This document shows, one piece after another, positions 1 through 10,141 of a DNA stretch of 64,000 bases. This DNA is from Anaerolineaceae bacterium (GTDB taxonomy: Bacteria; Chloroflexota; Anaerolineae; Anaerolineales; Anaerolineaceae). The translations under genes and the position numbers were made by a program. The stretch covers positions 19,759-83,758 of the forward strand of contig DAIOEK010000007.1 of NCBI GenBank assembly GCA_036746315.1, given 5' to 3'. The notes beneath the pieces were generated by a model. That model was not told the origin of the DNA, did not search any database, and saw nothing but the letters and a program-made list of their open reading frames with translations. Numbering within the stretch: the first letter of the stretch is position 1; the number at the start of each line of letters is the position of its first letter.

Positions 1-328
1 TTTTCGCGGCGGGGATGGTTTTAGTCAGGCTTTTCAAAGAGGTGAACTGATTTTGGTAGAAACTGAGAATGTGCGGGGCAATATCCTTCTTTTCGACGCC
101 AATCTGCGGATAGAATATCTCATCGAAAGTTGTTTCGAGGGTCTTGTCGGCATCATCATTGAGCATCATGGCTTTGGTGCCTGCCATGAGTGCAGGCAGC
201 AGGCGTTCGGGCGGGCAGAATTCCGCCAGGGTTTTGCTCAGGAGCGAATAATAGCCCGGGGCAAAAGTATCCATGTTGTTTTCCAGCAGTGTGTCATCCA
301 GATCGATCAGTAAGTGTTTTATCTTCAT
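1..328 (-). CDS. HAD-superfamily hydrolase, N-terminal part (C-terminus lies beyond the window start)
   Basis: Manual minus-strand translation from the ATG at 328-326 gives MKIKHLLIDLDDTLLENNMDTFAPGYY..., which contains HAD motif I (DxDxT). The frame stays open to position 1. It is absent from the ORF track because there is no stop in the window. Confidence 0.6.
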   Translation of the reverse strand, partial: MKIKHLLIDLDDTLLENNMDTFAPGYYSLLSKTLAEFCPPERLLPALMAGTKAMMLNDDADKTLETTFDEIFYPQIGVEKKDIAPHILSFYQNQFTSLKSLTKTIPAAK

Positions 329-427
329 TGTTACCTCGCATTTATCATTACGTTCATATAATCAAAACCACGGCTTTCCTGCCGTGGTTTGAATAAACTG
401 GAGGAAAACTGTATCTCTCCCGGTGCA

Positions 428-985
428 TTACACGCGGGTTACGTAAGCTCCGGTGCGGGTATCCACCCGGATGGTATCCCCTTCCACCACAAAATAGGGA
501 GTGCTGACTTCCAAACCGGTTTCGGTTTTGACCTTTTTGGTCACGCCGGTGGCAGTATCGCCCTTGACGGCATTTTCCGCTTCGACCACTTTGAGATCCA
601 CGGAGGTGGGAAGGTCGATATCGATGGGTTCGCTTTCAAAGAAGGTCAGTTTTACTTCCATGCCTTCCTTGAGGTAGCCGGCGGCTTCGCCGATCACCGT
701 GGAAGGAATGGCGGGCTGTTCGAAGGTCTCCATATCCATGAAAACGTAATTATCACCATCCGCATACAGATACTGCAAATTGTGAAAGTCCAGGCGGATA
801 TCCTGAACGCGGTCGCCGGATTGGAAGGTCTTTTCCAGGGTGGTGCCGGTACGAATATTGCGGGCTTTGATACGGATGGATGCGTTGCCGCGCCCGGATT
901 TGTTGTGTGAGTAATCCAATACTTTATAAAGGGTATTGTCCAGAATAAAGGTGGTCCCTTTGCGCAGTTCATTTACGTCAATCAT
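428..985 (-). CDS. efp: Translation elongation factor P
   Basis: The 185-aa ORF (MIDVNELRKGTTFILDNTLYKVLDYSHNKSGRGNASIRIKARNIRTG...) has the typical EF-P length and the KPGKG-like loop region (SGRGNA). Confidence 0.95.
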   Translation of the reverse strand: MIDVNELRKGTTFILDNTLYKVLDYSHNKSGRGNASIRIKARNIRTGTTLEKTFQSGDRVQDIRLDFHNLQYLYADGDNYVFMDMETFEQPAIPSTVIGEAAGYLKEGMEVKLTFFESEPIDIDLPTSVDLKVVEAENAVKGDTATGVTKKVKTETGLEVSTPYFVVEGDTIRVDTRTGAYVTRV

Positions 986-1300
986 GTTTGCTTTTCTTCC
1001 TCGTTCTTGATTTTTTCCAAGGGTTGATTATATCCTGCCTGAAGGTGGGTGGCAAGGCGTAAATTTCGCGCTCCAGGGCGATTGCATCTTATTTTTTATC
1101 GGATTTACAATGGTTTTTGCCCATCCCCCGACTTTCCGCTTCGGGAAGGGGAAAAGAACTTTTTTGTAGAGATATTGTGCCCCAAGGCACAATATCTCTG
1201 CTTTTTCCATTTCCCTGCATTGGGGCGGGGTTAGGGGAATTAGAAAAATAAATTTAGATGCGATTACCCTGTTACGCATTCCATTGTTGGACGGATTGCT

Positions 1301-1798
1301 TCAAGCCTGGTGATGTGAATCGGGAACGTTACTTTCGCGGAGCAGTTCCACAGCGTGGGTGAGAACGTGGATGATGTAGCCCAGGTTTTCCACGGCGGCT
1401 TTGGGACTGCCCGGCAGGTTGATGATTATGGTCTGCTGCCGAATTCCGGCAATGGCGCGGGAGAGCATGGCGTGCTGGGTGATTTGCAGGCTGTTCCAGC
1501 GCATGGCTTCCGCCAGCCCGGGCGCCTGCCGCTCCACCACCTGTTGGGTGGCTTCCGGGGTGACATCCCGGGGGGCAAAGCCGGTACCGCCGGTGGTCAG
1601 AATGACATCCACGACACCCAAGTCGCACCACTGGACGAGCATCTCTTTGATTTTTTCGACCTCATCCGGCACCAGCGCAGTGGCAATGACTTCATGCCCG
1701 GCATCGACGACGGATTTGCACAGTGCGGGACCGGAAAGGTCTTCCCGGATGCCAGCATAAGAGCGATCCGACACCGTCAGCACTGCGAAGCGGAGCAT
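1301..1798 (-). CDS. MogA/MoaB-family molybdenum cofactor biosynthesis protein
   Basis: 165 aa. The MoCF_biosynth signature is present: LTVSDR...ILTTGGTGFAPRDVTPEA...LPGSPKA. Confidence 0.85.
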   Translation of the reverse strand: MLRFAVLTVSDRSYAGIREDLSGPALCKSVVDAGHEVIATALVPDEVEKIKEMLVQWCDLGVVDVILTTGGTGFAPRDVTPEATQQVVERQAPGLAEAMRWNSLQITQHAMLSRAIAGIRQQTIIINLPGSPKAAVENLGYIIHVLTHAVELLRESNVPDSHHQA

Positions 1799-2238
1799 GA
1801 TTTCCCTTTCTCCTTGGCTGCTACAAACACATCCATCTTTTCCCAGCCGAGTCTGCGATAGTAATCCACCAGGTCGGGATGTTCACTGTTCATCATCAGG
1901 TAGATCTTCAATGCGCCTTTTGCCCAGATGCGTTTTTCAACCTCCGCCATCAATGCCGCAGCAATGCCCTGTCTGCGGTATTCCTGCCTGACGGCAAGGT
2001 GGTAGATCATGGCTCGCCTGCCATCGAAACCGCCGATGACCGTGCCGATGATTGCGCCATCCATTTCGGCAACCAGAAACAGGTCGGGATCACGCTCGAG
2101 CTTCTTGCAGGTTTCAGCCTCGGTATCGGATGGGCTGAACCTGACCCCGCCTTTCGCGGTCTTCCATATCTCGGCTGCCGCGGGATAATCCTGCGGGAAA
2201 ATGAACTCCCTGATCCGCCAGGAAGATGGGATCGTCAT
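1777..2238 (-). CDS. GNAT-family N-acetyltransferase
   Basis: Internal ATG (MTIPSSWRIREF...) chosen because the longer ORF would overlap the upstream gene, whose stop is at 2243-2245. The acetyl-CoA motif YHLAVRQEYRRQGIAAALM is present. Confidence 0.8.
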   Translation of the reverse strand: MTIPSSWRIREFIFPQDYPAAAEIWKTAKGGVRFSPSDTEAETCKKLERDPDLFLVAEMDGAIIGTVIGGFDGRRAMIYHLAVRQEYRRQGIAAALMAEVEKRIWAKGALKIYLMMNSEHPDLVDYYRRLGWEKMDVFVAAKEKGKSCSASQC

Positions 2239-2242
2239 ATTG

Positions 2243-3985
2243 CTACTCTTCGCCGGTAAGAGACTTCCAGGCGCCATGAATGCCGTTGGATGTGACGCCA
2301 AAATAGAACCGGAAGTGGTCATCCGTACGCTGCACCAGGTCGTAGACATTCATCTGACCCTGCTTGTATTTGTGCAGCAAACCGTAATCTCCCTGCCATT
2401 GCACCTGCAATTTTTCACCCATCGATTCCATCTCGTCATAGCGCTTGATGGCATAATGCCAGAGGCGGCGGGCGGAAGAGTGGGTTACATTTTTAACAAT
2501 GTTCCCATTGCGCAGGTCGCGCATGGTGTAATAGCGGGTTCCGCTGCGTTCTTCGACACTGATGATTTCCACACCGGTGCGGGGATTGGCGGTGGGCTGG
2601 GCGGTTTTGGTCTCTGCCAGAACGTTCTCATCCGAAATAATCGGTTCTTCCGCTTCAGGTTTCCCCTGCACAGGCTGGGAAGTTCCTTTTTGGCTGCGCA
2701 GTACCAGGTTGACGATCTCATCACGTACCGCCAGCCCTGTCTCGGCTTCATCGCGCACGTAGATTTTGTTTTCATCCAGGGCGTAGGGCGGGTCATCTCC
2801 GCGCGGCACCAGGACCCGCAGGATCTTCTTGCCCCGATAATCGCTCACCTCATAGGTGCAGTGAATGGGCGGGCTGACGCGGTTGGTAATCTCCTTTTCG
2901 AGCTGCGCGGTGGAAAGGTCGGTATCCTTCACCCCGGTGGGCAGCTTTTTGGGGTCCGAACCGACACCCACATAGAGCGTCCCGCCGTTGGTGTTGGCAA
3001 AAGCGCAAATATCCGAAATGACCGCATATTGCTTTCCACCCCTCACTTCCATGCTCTCGTGGAATTCCTGGATGATGTTCGAACCTTCTTCAAGGGCAGC
3101 CTGGATGAAATCGTAAGCCGGCTCTTCCTTCAGGCGATAGGGACGGGTGCGGGCGTAATCGTTGTGACCGAACAGGTCGCGGATGGCTTCGAAAGTTGGC
3201 TCGGGCAGCAGGAATTCGGTGGTGCGGTCGCCGACGCCCAGGTTCTTTTTGCGCAGCGGATCAAGGATCAGGCGGTGGCAATCGGAGCCTTGAATGCAGT
3301 GCATACGGCGGGGATATTCCGGCTTGGTGCCGTTGAAGAAACCGGCGGTGGAGCGACCGCCCTTGACTTCCAGGTCGGTGACCTCCATTGCATCCAGATT
3401 GGGGTCTTGCGTATAGGCAATGCGGGTTTGTCCGCCGAATGAGAAGCCTTTCATGGCGACGCCATTGGCAGAGTTGGCATGCGCGGCGATGGTGATGCCG
3501 CCCATCTCCTTGATCATGCGATAGGCGGTGAGAACGTCACTGGTGGCGCCCACGGTCGCCGAGCCTTCATCCAGATGTTCGGATGGAATGTTGAGATTCA
3601 GCAGCAGATGTTCAATATCCCGCAGCGGAGTGGCGGGGGAGAAGATGCCGATAATATGAAAGCCAAAAGTGGCGGTAAATTCAAAACCGGGCAGCAGTTT
3701 GATCTGCTGCAACAGGCGGCGGTACTCATTCAGCTTTGCTCTTTCATCGGGCATCAGACGGTTGAGCCGTTCGAGCAGCGTAAGCTGTTCGATCTCCTCC
3801 ATCATGTTGCGGTAACCGGCTATCGTGTTGTGGTCGGTAAATGCCAGAATGTCCACACCGCGCGCCTCGGCACGCTGCAAAACATCCAGATAGGTTGCAT
3901 TTTCCTGCTGGAAATCAACGGAAGCAGGCGTGTGAATATGCAGGTCTACGTTGTACCAATGCAGGCTGTTCGATTTTTTCCCCAA
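2243..3985 (-). CDS. PHP-domain phosphoesterase fused to an AlbA_2/Schlafen-like putative DNA-binding domain, with an uncharacterised C-terminal region
   Basis: The N-terminus [16 protein letters not shown]...[12 protein letters not shown]...AAHANS...GSDCHRL is a PHP His/Asp metal-ligand pattern. The middle, [36 protein letters not shown], resembles the AlbA_2 (divergent AAA_4) domain. I do not recognise the last ~150 aa. Confidence 0.6.
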   Translation of the reverse strand: MGKKSNSLHWYNVDLHIHTPASVDFQQENATYLDVLQRAEARGVDILAFTDHNTIAGYRNMMEEIEQLTLLERLNRLMPDERAKLNEYRRLLQQIKLLPGFEFTATFGFHIIGIFSPATPLRDIEHLLLNLNIPSEHLDEGSATVGATSDVLTAYRMIKEMGGITIAAHANSANGVAMKGFSFGGQTRIAYTQDPNLDAMEVTDLEVKGGRSTAGFFNGTKPEYPRRMHCIQGSDCHRLILDPLRKKNLGVGDRTTEFLLPEPTFEAIRDLFGHNDYARTRPYRLKEEPAYDFIQAALEEGSNIIQEFHESMEVRGGKQYAVISDICAFANTNGGTLYVGVGSDPKKLPTGVKDTDLSTAQLEKEITNRVSPPIHCTYEVSDYRGKKILRVLVPRGDDPPYALDENKIYVRDEAETGLAVRDEIVNLVLRSQKGTSQPVQGKPEAEEPIISDENVLAETKTAQPTANPRTGVEIISVEERSGTRYYTMRDLRNGNIVKNVTHSSARRLWHYAIKRYDEMESMGEKLQVQWQGDYGLLHKYKQGQMNVYDLVQRTDDHFRFYFGVTSNGIHGAWKSLTGEE

Positions 3986-4006
3986 GCTGTTCTCCTCAAT
4001 CTGCTA

Positions 4007-4378
4007 TCACGCGGATAGCGCTTTCTTAATCATCTTAATCAAATCATCAGGCATGTATGGTTTCATGAGGAAGTCATCGGCGCCCAGGCGCAGGCAGAGG
4101 TCTTTATAGTCTGACCCGGATGACATGATGATGCGGATATTGCCAAGCTTATCGTCGGCGCGGATGGATTGCAGGATCTCCATCCCGTCGGCATCCCTCA
4201 GATTGACATCCATCAGAATCACCTGCGGCGAGATTTGCCGGATGGTATCCAGGAGTGGGGTGTCAGAAGGGTGGACATAGGAGGTAACACGGCAGCCTTC
4301 CATCTCCAACAGGGTCTTCAACAACCCGATCATGGTCTTGTCGTCTTCCACAATAAAAACATGCGTATCGGTTAACAT
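4007..4378 (-). CDS. Stand-alone response regulator receiver (CheY-like)
   Basis: 123 aa: FIVEDDKTMIGLL...ILMDVNLRDADG...MSSGS...KPY. Receiver acidic pocket, phospho-Asp and conserved Lys are present, and there is no output domain. Confidence 0.85.
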   Translation of the reverse strand: MLTDTHVFIVEDDKTMIGLLKTLLEMEGCRVTSYVHPSDTPLLDTIRQISPQVILMDVNLRDADGMEILQSIRADDKLGNIRIIMSSGSDYKDLCLRLGADDFLMKPYMPDDLIKMIKKALSA

Positions 4379-4385
4379 GGATGTT

Positions 4386-6968
4386 CTATTTATTCCCCTT
4401 GGTATCAGATGTTTTGATTTTTGTTTTCGACTTGCTCTTTTTCATGAGTGCAGCCTTGATGACGTCATCCATACTATCTGCCGGAATGAATTTTATCGTA
4501 TTTCGCACCTCTTCTGGCAGGTCATCCAGATCGATTTCATTACGGCGGGGCAGAATGATTTTCTTCAGCCCGGCGCGATGCGCAGCCAGCACTTTCTCTT
4601 TGATTCCGCCCACCGGTAGAACCTGTCCGCGCAGGGTGATCTCGCCGGTCATGGCAACTTCGGGGTTGACCTGCTGCCCGGTGATCAATGAGATCAGCGC
4701 AGTTGCCATGGTGACACCGGCAGAGGGACCATCCTTGGGCTGGGCGCCGGCCGGCACGTGTAGATGGATGTCGTGTTTGTCGAAATAATCATCCGGGATA
4801 TTGTACTCCGCCGCCTTCGAACGCACATAGGATAAAGCCGCCCGCGCAGATTCCTGCATCACGTTGCCGAGCGAGCCGGTCATCTGAAAACCCTTCGAGC
4901 CAGCCATCTTGGTGGCTTCAATGAAGAGAATATCCCCGCCAACCGGCGTCCACGCCAGCCCGGTGGCGACACCCGGCAGCATGGTGCGCAGAAGGATCTC
5001 TTCCGTGCCGTGATAAGTGGGCTTGCCCAAAAGTTCCTTCACTACCCGCGGGTTGACGGTGATGCTCTTCTTTTTGCCCTCGGCAAGCTGGGTGACAAAT
5101 TTGCGGCAAATACCGCCAATTTCGCGCTCCAGGTTGCGTACGCCAGCTTCGCGGGTGTAGGATTGAATGATCTCGCGAATGCCATCATCGGCAAAAGAGA
5201 TCTCCTTGGTTTTCAAACCGTTCTCGCGGATCTGGCGCGGAATGAGATATTGCCTGGCGATCGCCAGTTTTTCACCCTCGGTGTAACCGGAAAGCTCAAT
5301 GATCTCCATGCGGTCCAGCAAAGGCGCCGGAACGGTTTCGAGCGTGTTGGCGGTGGTGATGAACATCACCTGCGAGAGGTCGTAGGCAACCTCTAGATAG
5401 TTGTCGCGGAATTCGGAGTTCTGCTCCGGGTCGAGCACTTCCAACAGTGCGGAAGCCGGGTCGCCGTGAAAGTCGTGGCTTAGCTTATCCACTTCGTCAA
5501 GCATAAAGATCGGGTTGCGGCTTTCGGCGCGGCGGATGGTTTGCAGGATGCGCCCCGGCATGGCGCCGATGTAGGTCCGGCGGTGACCGCGGATCTCCGC
5601 TTCATCCCTGACGCCGCCCAGCGAAACACGGATGAATTTTCTGCCCATGGCGCGGGCGATGGACTGTCCGAGTGATGTTTTGCCCACACCCGGAGGACCC
5701 ACAAAGCACAGAATGACCCCCTCACGCATTTTGCGGATGTAATCCTTGCTCTGGCTGCGGGCAATGTCGTCGGTGCGTTCCTCGCGCAGCTTGCGTACCG
5801 CCAGAAATTCCAATATCCTTTCCTTGATATCCTGCAGCCCGTAATGGTCTTCGTCGAGTACCTTGCGGGCGTGGGCAATATCGAGGTTATCCTGTGTACC
5901 GGTTTTCCAGGGCAGCGAAACCAGCCAGTCGAGATAGGTGCGAATTACCCCATACTCCGCTGCCGCAGTCGGCAGGCGGGATAGCCGTTCCAGTTCACGC
6001 TCAGCCTGTTTGGCTGCCTCTTCGGGCATTTTGGCAAGCTCGATCTTCTTGCGGAATTCTTCGACGTCGGCGGTGGTTTCATCGGTGTCGCCCAGTTCCT
6101 TCTGGATGGCTTTCATCTGCTCGCGCAGAAAATATTCGCGCTGCATTTTCTCAATCTCTGAGCGGGCTTCGTTCTGGATCTTTTGACCCAGTTCCAATAC
6201 TTCCCCTTCGCGGACGAGGATGCCGACCAGTTTGTGCAGCTTTTCGCTGGCTGAATCGATTTCCAGAATGGATTGGGCTTCCTCTGCATCCATGCGCTGG
6301 AAATTGGCGATGGAATACACCGTTTGCAGCGGGTCTTCCAGCGAGGCGATGGTGGCAACCAGCTCGCGCGGGATCGAAGGGATCATTTCCGCGATGTGCT
6401 CGAACTGGTCACGGGCATTGCGTGCCAGCGCCTCCACCTCCAGCCCGGTTTCGGCTTTTTCAGGGTGCAGTTTGATCTTTGCCTTGAGGAAAGGCTCCTG
6501 CTGGGTGAATTCCACAATTTTGAAACGGGCAATGCCCTGCATCAGCAGGCGGATGGTGCCATCGGGGGCGCGGAAGAGCCGGTTGACCACGGCGATGGTG
6601 CCAACCTGGTAAAGCTCATCCGGGCCGGGGTTCTCAATATCTGCATCGCGGGAGGTGATGAGACCGATCAGCCGGTCACCGGCGATGATGTCATCCACCA
6701 GCCGGATGGAGCGGGGCTGACCGATGGTGAGGGGAACGGTCGTTTCAGGGTAGACGACCACGCCACGGAGGGGCAAAATGGGCAGTTCTTCGGGCAGTTT
6801 CGAAAGGCGCTCGTCATCAGACGTGCCTGTTTTACCTTCTTCATCCAATGCAATCGGGTTGTCGGCTATTTGTCCTGAAAGGATCAGGTATTCTTCCATT
6901 GTTTTTTGATCTTCTTCTATCCAATCAATAAGATCGTTTGCGATTTCATTCCAACGAGATGCGGCCAT
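4386..6968 (-). CDS. lon: ATP-dependent Lon protease
   Basis: 860 aa with a LON N-domain, Walker [10 protein letters not shown], and the catalytic Ser context [15 protein letters not shown]. Confidence 0.97.
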   Translation of the reverse strand: MAASRWNEIANDLIDWIEEDQKTMEEYLILSGQIADNPIALDEEGKTGTSDDERLSKLPEELPILPLRGVVVYPETTVPLTIGQPRSIRLVDDIIAGDRLIGLITSRDADIENPGPDELYQVGTIAVVNRLFRAPDGTIRLLMQGIARFKIVEFTQQEPFLKAKIKLHPEKAETGLEVEALARNARDQFEHIAEMIPSIPRELVATIASLEDPLQTVYSIANFQRMDAEEAQSILEIDSASEKLHKLVGILVREGEVLELGQKIQNEARSEIEKMQREYFLREQMKAIQKELGDTDETTADVEEFRKKIELAKMPEEAAKQAERELERLSRLPTAAAEYGVIRTYLDWLVSLPWKTGTQDNLDIAHARKVLDEDHYGLQDIKERILEFLAVRKLREERTDDIARSQSKDYIRKMREGVILCFVGPPGVGKTSLGQSIARAMGRKFIRVSLGGVRDEAEIRGHRRTYIGAMPGRILQTIRRAESRNPIFMLDEVDKLSHDFHGDPASALLEVLDPEQNSEFRDNYLEVAYDLSQVMFITTANTLETVPAPLLDRMEIIELSGYTEGEKLAIARQYLIPRQIRENGLKTKEISFADDGIREIIQSYTREAGVRNLEREIGGICRKFVTQLAEGKKKSITVNPRVVKELLGKPTYHGTEEILLRTMLPGVATGLAWTPVGGDILFIEATKMAGSKGFQMTGSLGNVMQESARAALSYVRSKAAEYNIPDDYFDKHDIHLHVPAGAQPKDGPSAGVTMATALISLITGQQVNPEVAMTGEITLRGQVLPVGGIKEKVLAAHRAGLKKIILPRRNEIDLDDLPEEVRNTIKFIPADSMDDVIKAALMKKSKSKTKIKTSDTKGNK

Positions 6969-6971
6969 GTT

Positions 6972-7385
6972 TCACTCTTTTATCTGAATAATGGTAGGTT
7001 GTATTTTGGGCAGATGAATATTCAAGAATCCGTCACGGTATTCGGCGGTCACCTGGTCGGCATCCACCGGGGAGGGAAGCTCCACGGCGGTTTTGAAATC
7101 TCCAAACATGATTTCCATCTGGTGGAAGGATCGCCGCAGGGGCATATCCGGGCGGCTGCCTGAAATGGTGAGGATATTATTCTCTAGGCTGACACAAAAT
7201 TCTTCTTTGTTCATTCCGGCAATCTCCACCCGGATGATGAATTTCTCATCCGTTTCATACAGATCGGTGGGGGGCTGCCAGGTGTGGGGACGGCGAACGG
7301 AGACGCGCCAGGTAATGACGCCCGATGGTTGGTCGGCTTCATCTCCGGAAGGGTTTGCAGGGTATTGATTATTCTCTTGATCCAT
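6972..7385 (-). CDS. Hsp20/alpha-crystallin small heat-shock protein
   Basis: 137 aa with an alpha-crystallin domain (PPTDLYETDEKFIIRVEIAGMNKEEFCVSLENNILTISGSR...AEYRDGFLNIHLPK). It ends 4 nt upstream of the lon start. Confidence 0.9.
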   Translation of the reverse strand: MDQENNQYPANPSGDEADQPSGVITWRVSVRRPHTWQPPTDLYETDEKFIIRVEIAGMNKEEFCVSLENNILTISGSRPDMPLRRSFHQMEIMFGDFKTAVELPSPVDADQVTAEYRDGFLNIHLPKIQPTIIQIKE

Positions 7386-7578
7386 GAAGGTTATCCTTGG
7401 TTGTATATATGGTTGTCACTTTAATTATATGTCCAGATGTTGGAATAACGTAAGAATAGTAGGAGGTATTTGCAAAATTTGCATGAACCGCTCCTCCAAC
7501 TTCCATGACGAACGGGAAGGTGCGCATGGTAGGGCAGCCTAGTTGCAGGCAGCAGCCGATAAAAGCCCGCAGACGCAG

Positions 7579-8565
7579 TTACGGCTGTGCCAACAAACCT
7601 TTGGCGATTTGCATGAAATCGATCTGATTGGTTCGTTGCAATTTTTCAATCCATTCCGGCTTGATATGATCCGCGCCGCAATATGCACCGCATAATGCAC
7701 CGACAATCGCTCCGTTGGTGTCGGCGTCGTCCCCCAAATTAATGGCGGAAAGTAATCCCGGCTCGAATTCGCCGTTCGCAGCGTAGAATACGCCGAGCGA
7801 CAGCGGAATTGATTCGTAGCTTTTCATGCCTGCCCCGATCAGTTGATACAACCGATGGCTGATTTCATCCACCGGAGCCCAACGATATTCGTCGACCACT
7901 TTCACGGCAAGACCGATACGGGCGGAAACGGAGGGGGCCGGGATATCAAACCCCGCCTTCTCTCCTTCAGTTGCGCCGAGCAGGGCTGCCTCGAGGACCG
8001 CACGCACCGTGCATTCTCCCTGGATGGCGGTGGCAATGGCTGCTGCAACAGCGGCTGCCGAGGCAAGCCCGGGCTTGCTGCCGTGCGATACGGAAGCCGA
8101 TTCGATTGCCGCCCGAATCGCTTTTGCGACATCGGCATGATGGAAAATGCCGACCGGCGCCACCCGCATTGCCGCTCCATTTGTATCCCCGATTTTCCCG
8201 TTTTCACGCGGATCCTGATCATTTACGATAGCTTCCAAAAACCGGCGGGTGGAAGGGCCGATGACGGTGGTGTTCAGCATGTCCGCTTCGATTGCCCATT
8301 TTTTCATTTTTTGTATGAACAGCGTTTGATCGAACCGACCGGCTTGCAGCAGAACATCGGCAATGATCAAACTCTCTTCCGTATCATCTGTTATCGTTCC
8401 CTGTGCCAAATTCCCGTGTTGGATTTGCTCCTGATCGGGGGGCAGGAAATCGGTGATTCTGCCATAAATTCTTTTTATCTGCCCTGGTGACATAAAAGAT
8501 GCCGGCATCCCCATTGCGTCGCCAATTGCTGAACCGATCAGGCATCCCAAAGCTCGTTTAATCAT
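7579..8565 (-). CDS. ADP-ribosylglycohydrolase family protein
   Basis: MIKRALGCLIGSAIGDAMGMP...GDDADTNGAIVGALCGAY are the family-typical N- and C-terminal metal-binding motifs. The start at 8565 is preferred over 8589 because it has a GGGAAG-like RBS. Confidence 0.8.
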   Translation of the reverse strand: MIKRALGCLIGSAIGDAMGMPASFMSPGQIKRIYGRITDFLPPDQEQIQHGNLAQGTITDDTEESLIIADVLLQAGRFDQTLFIQKMKKWAIEADMLNTTVIGPSTRRFLEAIVNDQDPRENGKIGDTNGAAMRVAPVGIFHHADVAKAIRAAIESASVSHGSKPGLASAAAVAAAIATAIQGECTVRAVLEAALLGATEGEKAGFDIPAPSVSARIGLAVKVVDEYRWAPVDEISHRLYQLIGAGMKSYESIPLSLGVFYAANGEFEPGLLSAINLGDDADTNGAIVGALCGAYCGADHIKPEWIEKLQRTNQIDFMQIAKGLLAQP

Positions 8566-8731
8566 GGTTGCGCTTCCCTGGTGATTCATGATGTTGGTTT
8601 CGGGAAATGTTCAAAATGAGGTTCACATTCAAGTGATAAGAAAATTTTACCCTTAAATATGCCGAAGGGTTGGTCTTTATGGATTTTTTAGCAAAATATT
8701 GGCAGACGGAGGAAAACAACAAACTTATAAA

Positions 8732-8779
8732 ATGGCGCCCCAGGAGAGACTCGAACTCTCAACCATCGGATTAGAAGTC
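8732..8779. repeat. Direct repeat (att-like): duplicated 3' portion of tRNA-Arg(TCT), identical to 16802-16849
   Basis: The 48 nt atggcgccccaggagagactcgaactctcaaccatcggattagaagtc occur identically at both positions. The flanking bases differ. Confidence 0.9.
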
Positions 8780-8829
8780 GCACGTCACCGCCACGCAGCC
8801 GATTTACGCACGAATTGGAGGTGATTGAC

Positions 8830-9762
8830 ATGATAGAAACTCAGCAAGTACAGCGGACGGCCATCGGGCAGGCGTCATTCCTTGGGGTTGCGGTTGAAGC
8901 GTTCATGTTTGACCGTAGGGCTGCTGGGGTGCGTGGTTCCACGCTTAAATTTTACCAGCATAAGCTGCAGACGTTCATTGATTTTCTGGACCAAAGGGAA
9001 CTGCGATACCTGGAACAGTTACAGCCGACAGATATCCGTGAATTTCTGGTGAGCCTGGAAGGGACACACACACCCGGCGGGATTCACGCATTTTACCGCT
9101 GCATCCGGGCATTGTTGCGCTGGTGTGAAGATGAGGAAATCCTACCAGCCGGAACATGGCAGAACCCGATCAAGCGTGTAAAAGCACCCAGGGTCGATAT
9201 AGAGCCATTACAGCCGATTCCCTTAGAGGATGTACGCAAGGTACTCGATACCTGCAACACGAAGCTATTTACCGACCTGAGAGACGCGGCAATCTTCTTA
9301 TGCCTGTTAGATTCAGCGGTAAGGGCTTCTGAGCTGCTTGCGCTGAATACCGACGACGTGGATCTACTTTCAGGGTCCGTACTCATTCGCAAAAGCAAAA
9401 GCAGAAAACCCAGGACAACTTACATAGGTAAAAACGCCAGAAAGGCGCTGAGAGCGTATTTGCGCGCCAGAACGGACACAGACGCGGCATTATTCGTCAA
9501 TCGGACCGGTGAACGCCTGGAATATGATAGCTTGCGCCAGGTGCTTGCCAGACGCTGCAAGCGGGCAGGGATCAAGGTATGGCTGCCTCATTCATGGCGC
9601 CGGGCTGCTGCCTTATCCTTGCTACGCGCCGGGGTGGATGTTTACACTTTGCAGCATATCATGGGTCACAGCGATTTACAGGTACTGCAAAGATACCTGA
9701 AGGTTGACAACAACGATGCCGCGACCGCGCATGCCCGCTGCAGTCCCGGGGATAGGTTGTAA
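8830..9762 (+). CDS. Tyrosine recombinase / phage integrase
   Basis: GGAGGTG RBS 6 nt upstream of the ATG at 8830. Catalytic pattern: R (DSAVRASEL), HSWRR, GHSD, LQRYL (Tyr). It lies next to the att repeat. Confidence 0.9.
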   Translation: MIETQQVQRTAIGQASFLGVAVEAFMFDRRAAGVRGSTLKFYQHKLQTFIDFLDQRELRYLEQLQPTDIREFLVSLEGTHTPGGIHAFYRCIRALLRWCEDEEILPAGTWQNPIKRVKAPRVDIEPLQPIPLEDVRKVLDTCNTKLFTDLRDAAIFLCLLDSAVRASELLALNTDDVDLLSGSVLIRKSKSRKPRTTYIGKNARKALRAYLRARTDTDAALFVNRTGERLEYDSLRQVLARRCKRAGIKVWLPHSWRRAAALSLLRAGVDVYTLQHIMGHSDLQVLQRYLKVDNNDAATAHARCSPGDRL

Positions 9763-9802
9763 AATTCAATGGCTGAAATTAGATTTTTTAAGATTCGAGA
9801 TA

Positions 9803-9831
9803 TTGACAAGCGATTAACAATTCCGTATAAT
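9803..9831 (+). promoter_or_regulatory. Consensus sigma-70-type promoter (TTGACA-17 nt-TATAAT)
   Basis: TTGACA at 9803-9808, a 17-nt spacer, and TATAAT at 9826-9831, in the int-RHH intergenic region. Confidence 0.6.
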
Positions 9832-9855
9832 AAGATAGAACTAACATTCTATGGT

Positions 9856-9895
9856 CAGAGACGCACGTTTTATTTTTGCGTCTCTGATTTTAATT
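9856..9895 (+). terminator. Terminator-like hairpin (10-bp stem) with a T-rich tail in the leader of the RHH gene
   Basis: cagagacgca (9856-9865) pairs with tgcgtctctg (9877-9886) and is followed by attttaattt. Confidence 0.5.
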
Positions 9896-9913
9896 TAACC
9901 ACCAGGAGAGAAG

Positions 9914-10087
9914 ATGATGAATAAGAACAAAAAAACAAAGCTTATCATGTTGCGAGCGACGCCAGATGATCGTAGCACCTTGGAGAGCCTGGCGGCTGCA
10001 GAAGGGAGAAGCCTATCAAACATGATTCGCGAGCTTATCCGGCGCGCTGCAGTAATGCGCGGCATCTGCCCGGCGGGTACCGCTTGA
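9914..10087 (+). CDS. Ribbon-helix-helix (CopG/Arc-like) small DNA-binding protein
   Basis: Manual translation gives MMNKNKKTKLIMLRATPDDRSTLESLAAAEGRSLSNMIRELIRRAAVMRGICPAGTA (57 aa, below the ORF-track cutoff). It has a GGAGAG RBS and a beta-strand then helix-helix pattern typical of RHH. Confidence 0.6.
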   Translation: MMNKNKKTKLIMLRATPDDRSTLESLAAAEGRSLSNMIRELIRRAAVMRGICPAGTA

Positions 10088-10141
10088 GCTGGGTATGGGG
10101 GTTATGGTTGGCGTTTCGAGAACGCCGGAAAGAAGGGAGCG

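Noticed and set aside
1168-1199. A 14-bp-stem hairpin (agagatattgtgcc/ggcacaatatctct) between moaB and efp, considered as the moaB terminator.
   Set aside because: The T-run follows the hairpin on the + strand, but the flanking genes are on the minus strand, where an A-run follows it. It may be a bidirectional or antisense terminator or a structural repeat. I cannot assign a function.
2201-3442. Long antisense ORFs in the track: 2201-3442 (+), 33435-34772 (+), 34885-35571 (+), 41655-42761 (+), 50350-51462 (+), 25539-26411 (+), 49081-49878 (-), 47092-47721 (-) and 32290-32808 (-).
   Set aside because: Each lies fully opposite or out of frame to an ORF with clear family motifs (PHP protein, GcvP, TPR protein, GT-C proteins, Mo hydroxylase, Xth). 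Each has Arg/Gly/His/Pro-rich, motif-free composition, which is typical of shadow ORFs in GC-biased coding DNA.
7386-7578. A CIRCE/HrcA-type heat-shock operator upstream of hsp20-lon.
   Set aside because: No TTAGCACTC-N9-GAGTGCTAA-like inverted repeat is present. Only a short direct repeat (atttgca x2) and a TATAAT-like -10 were seen.
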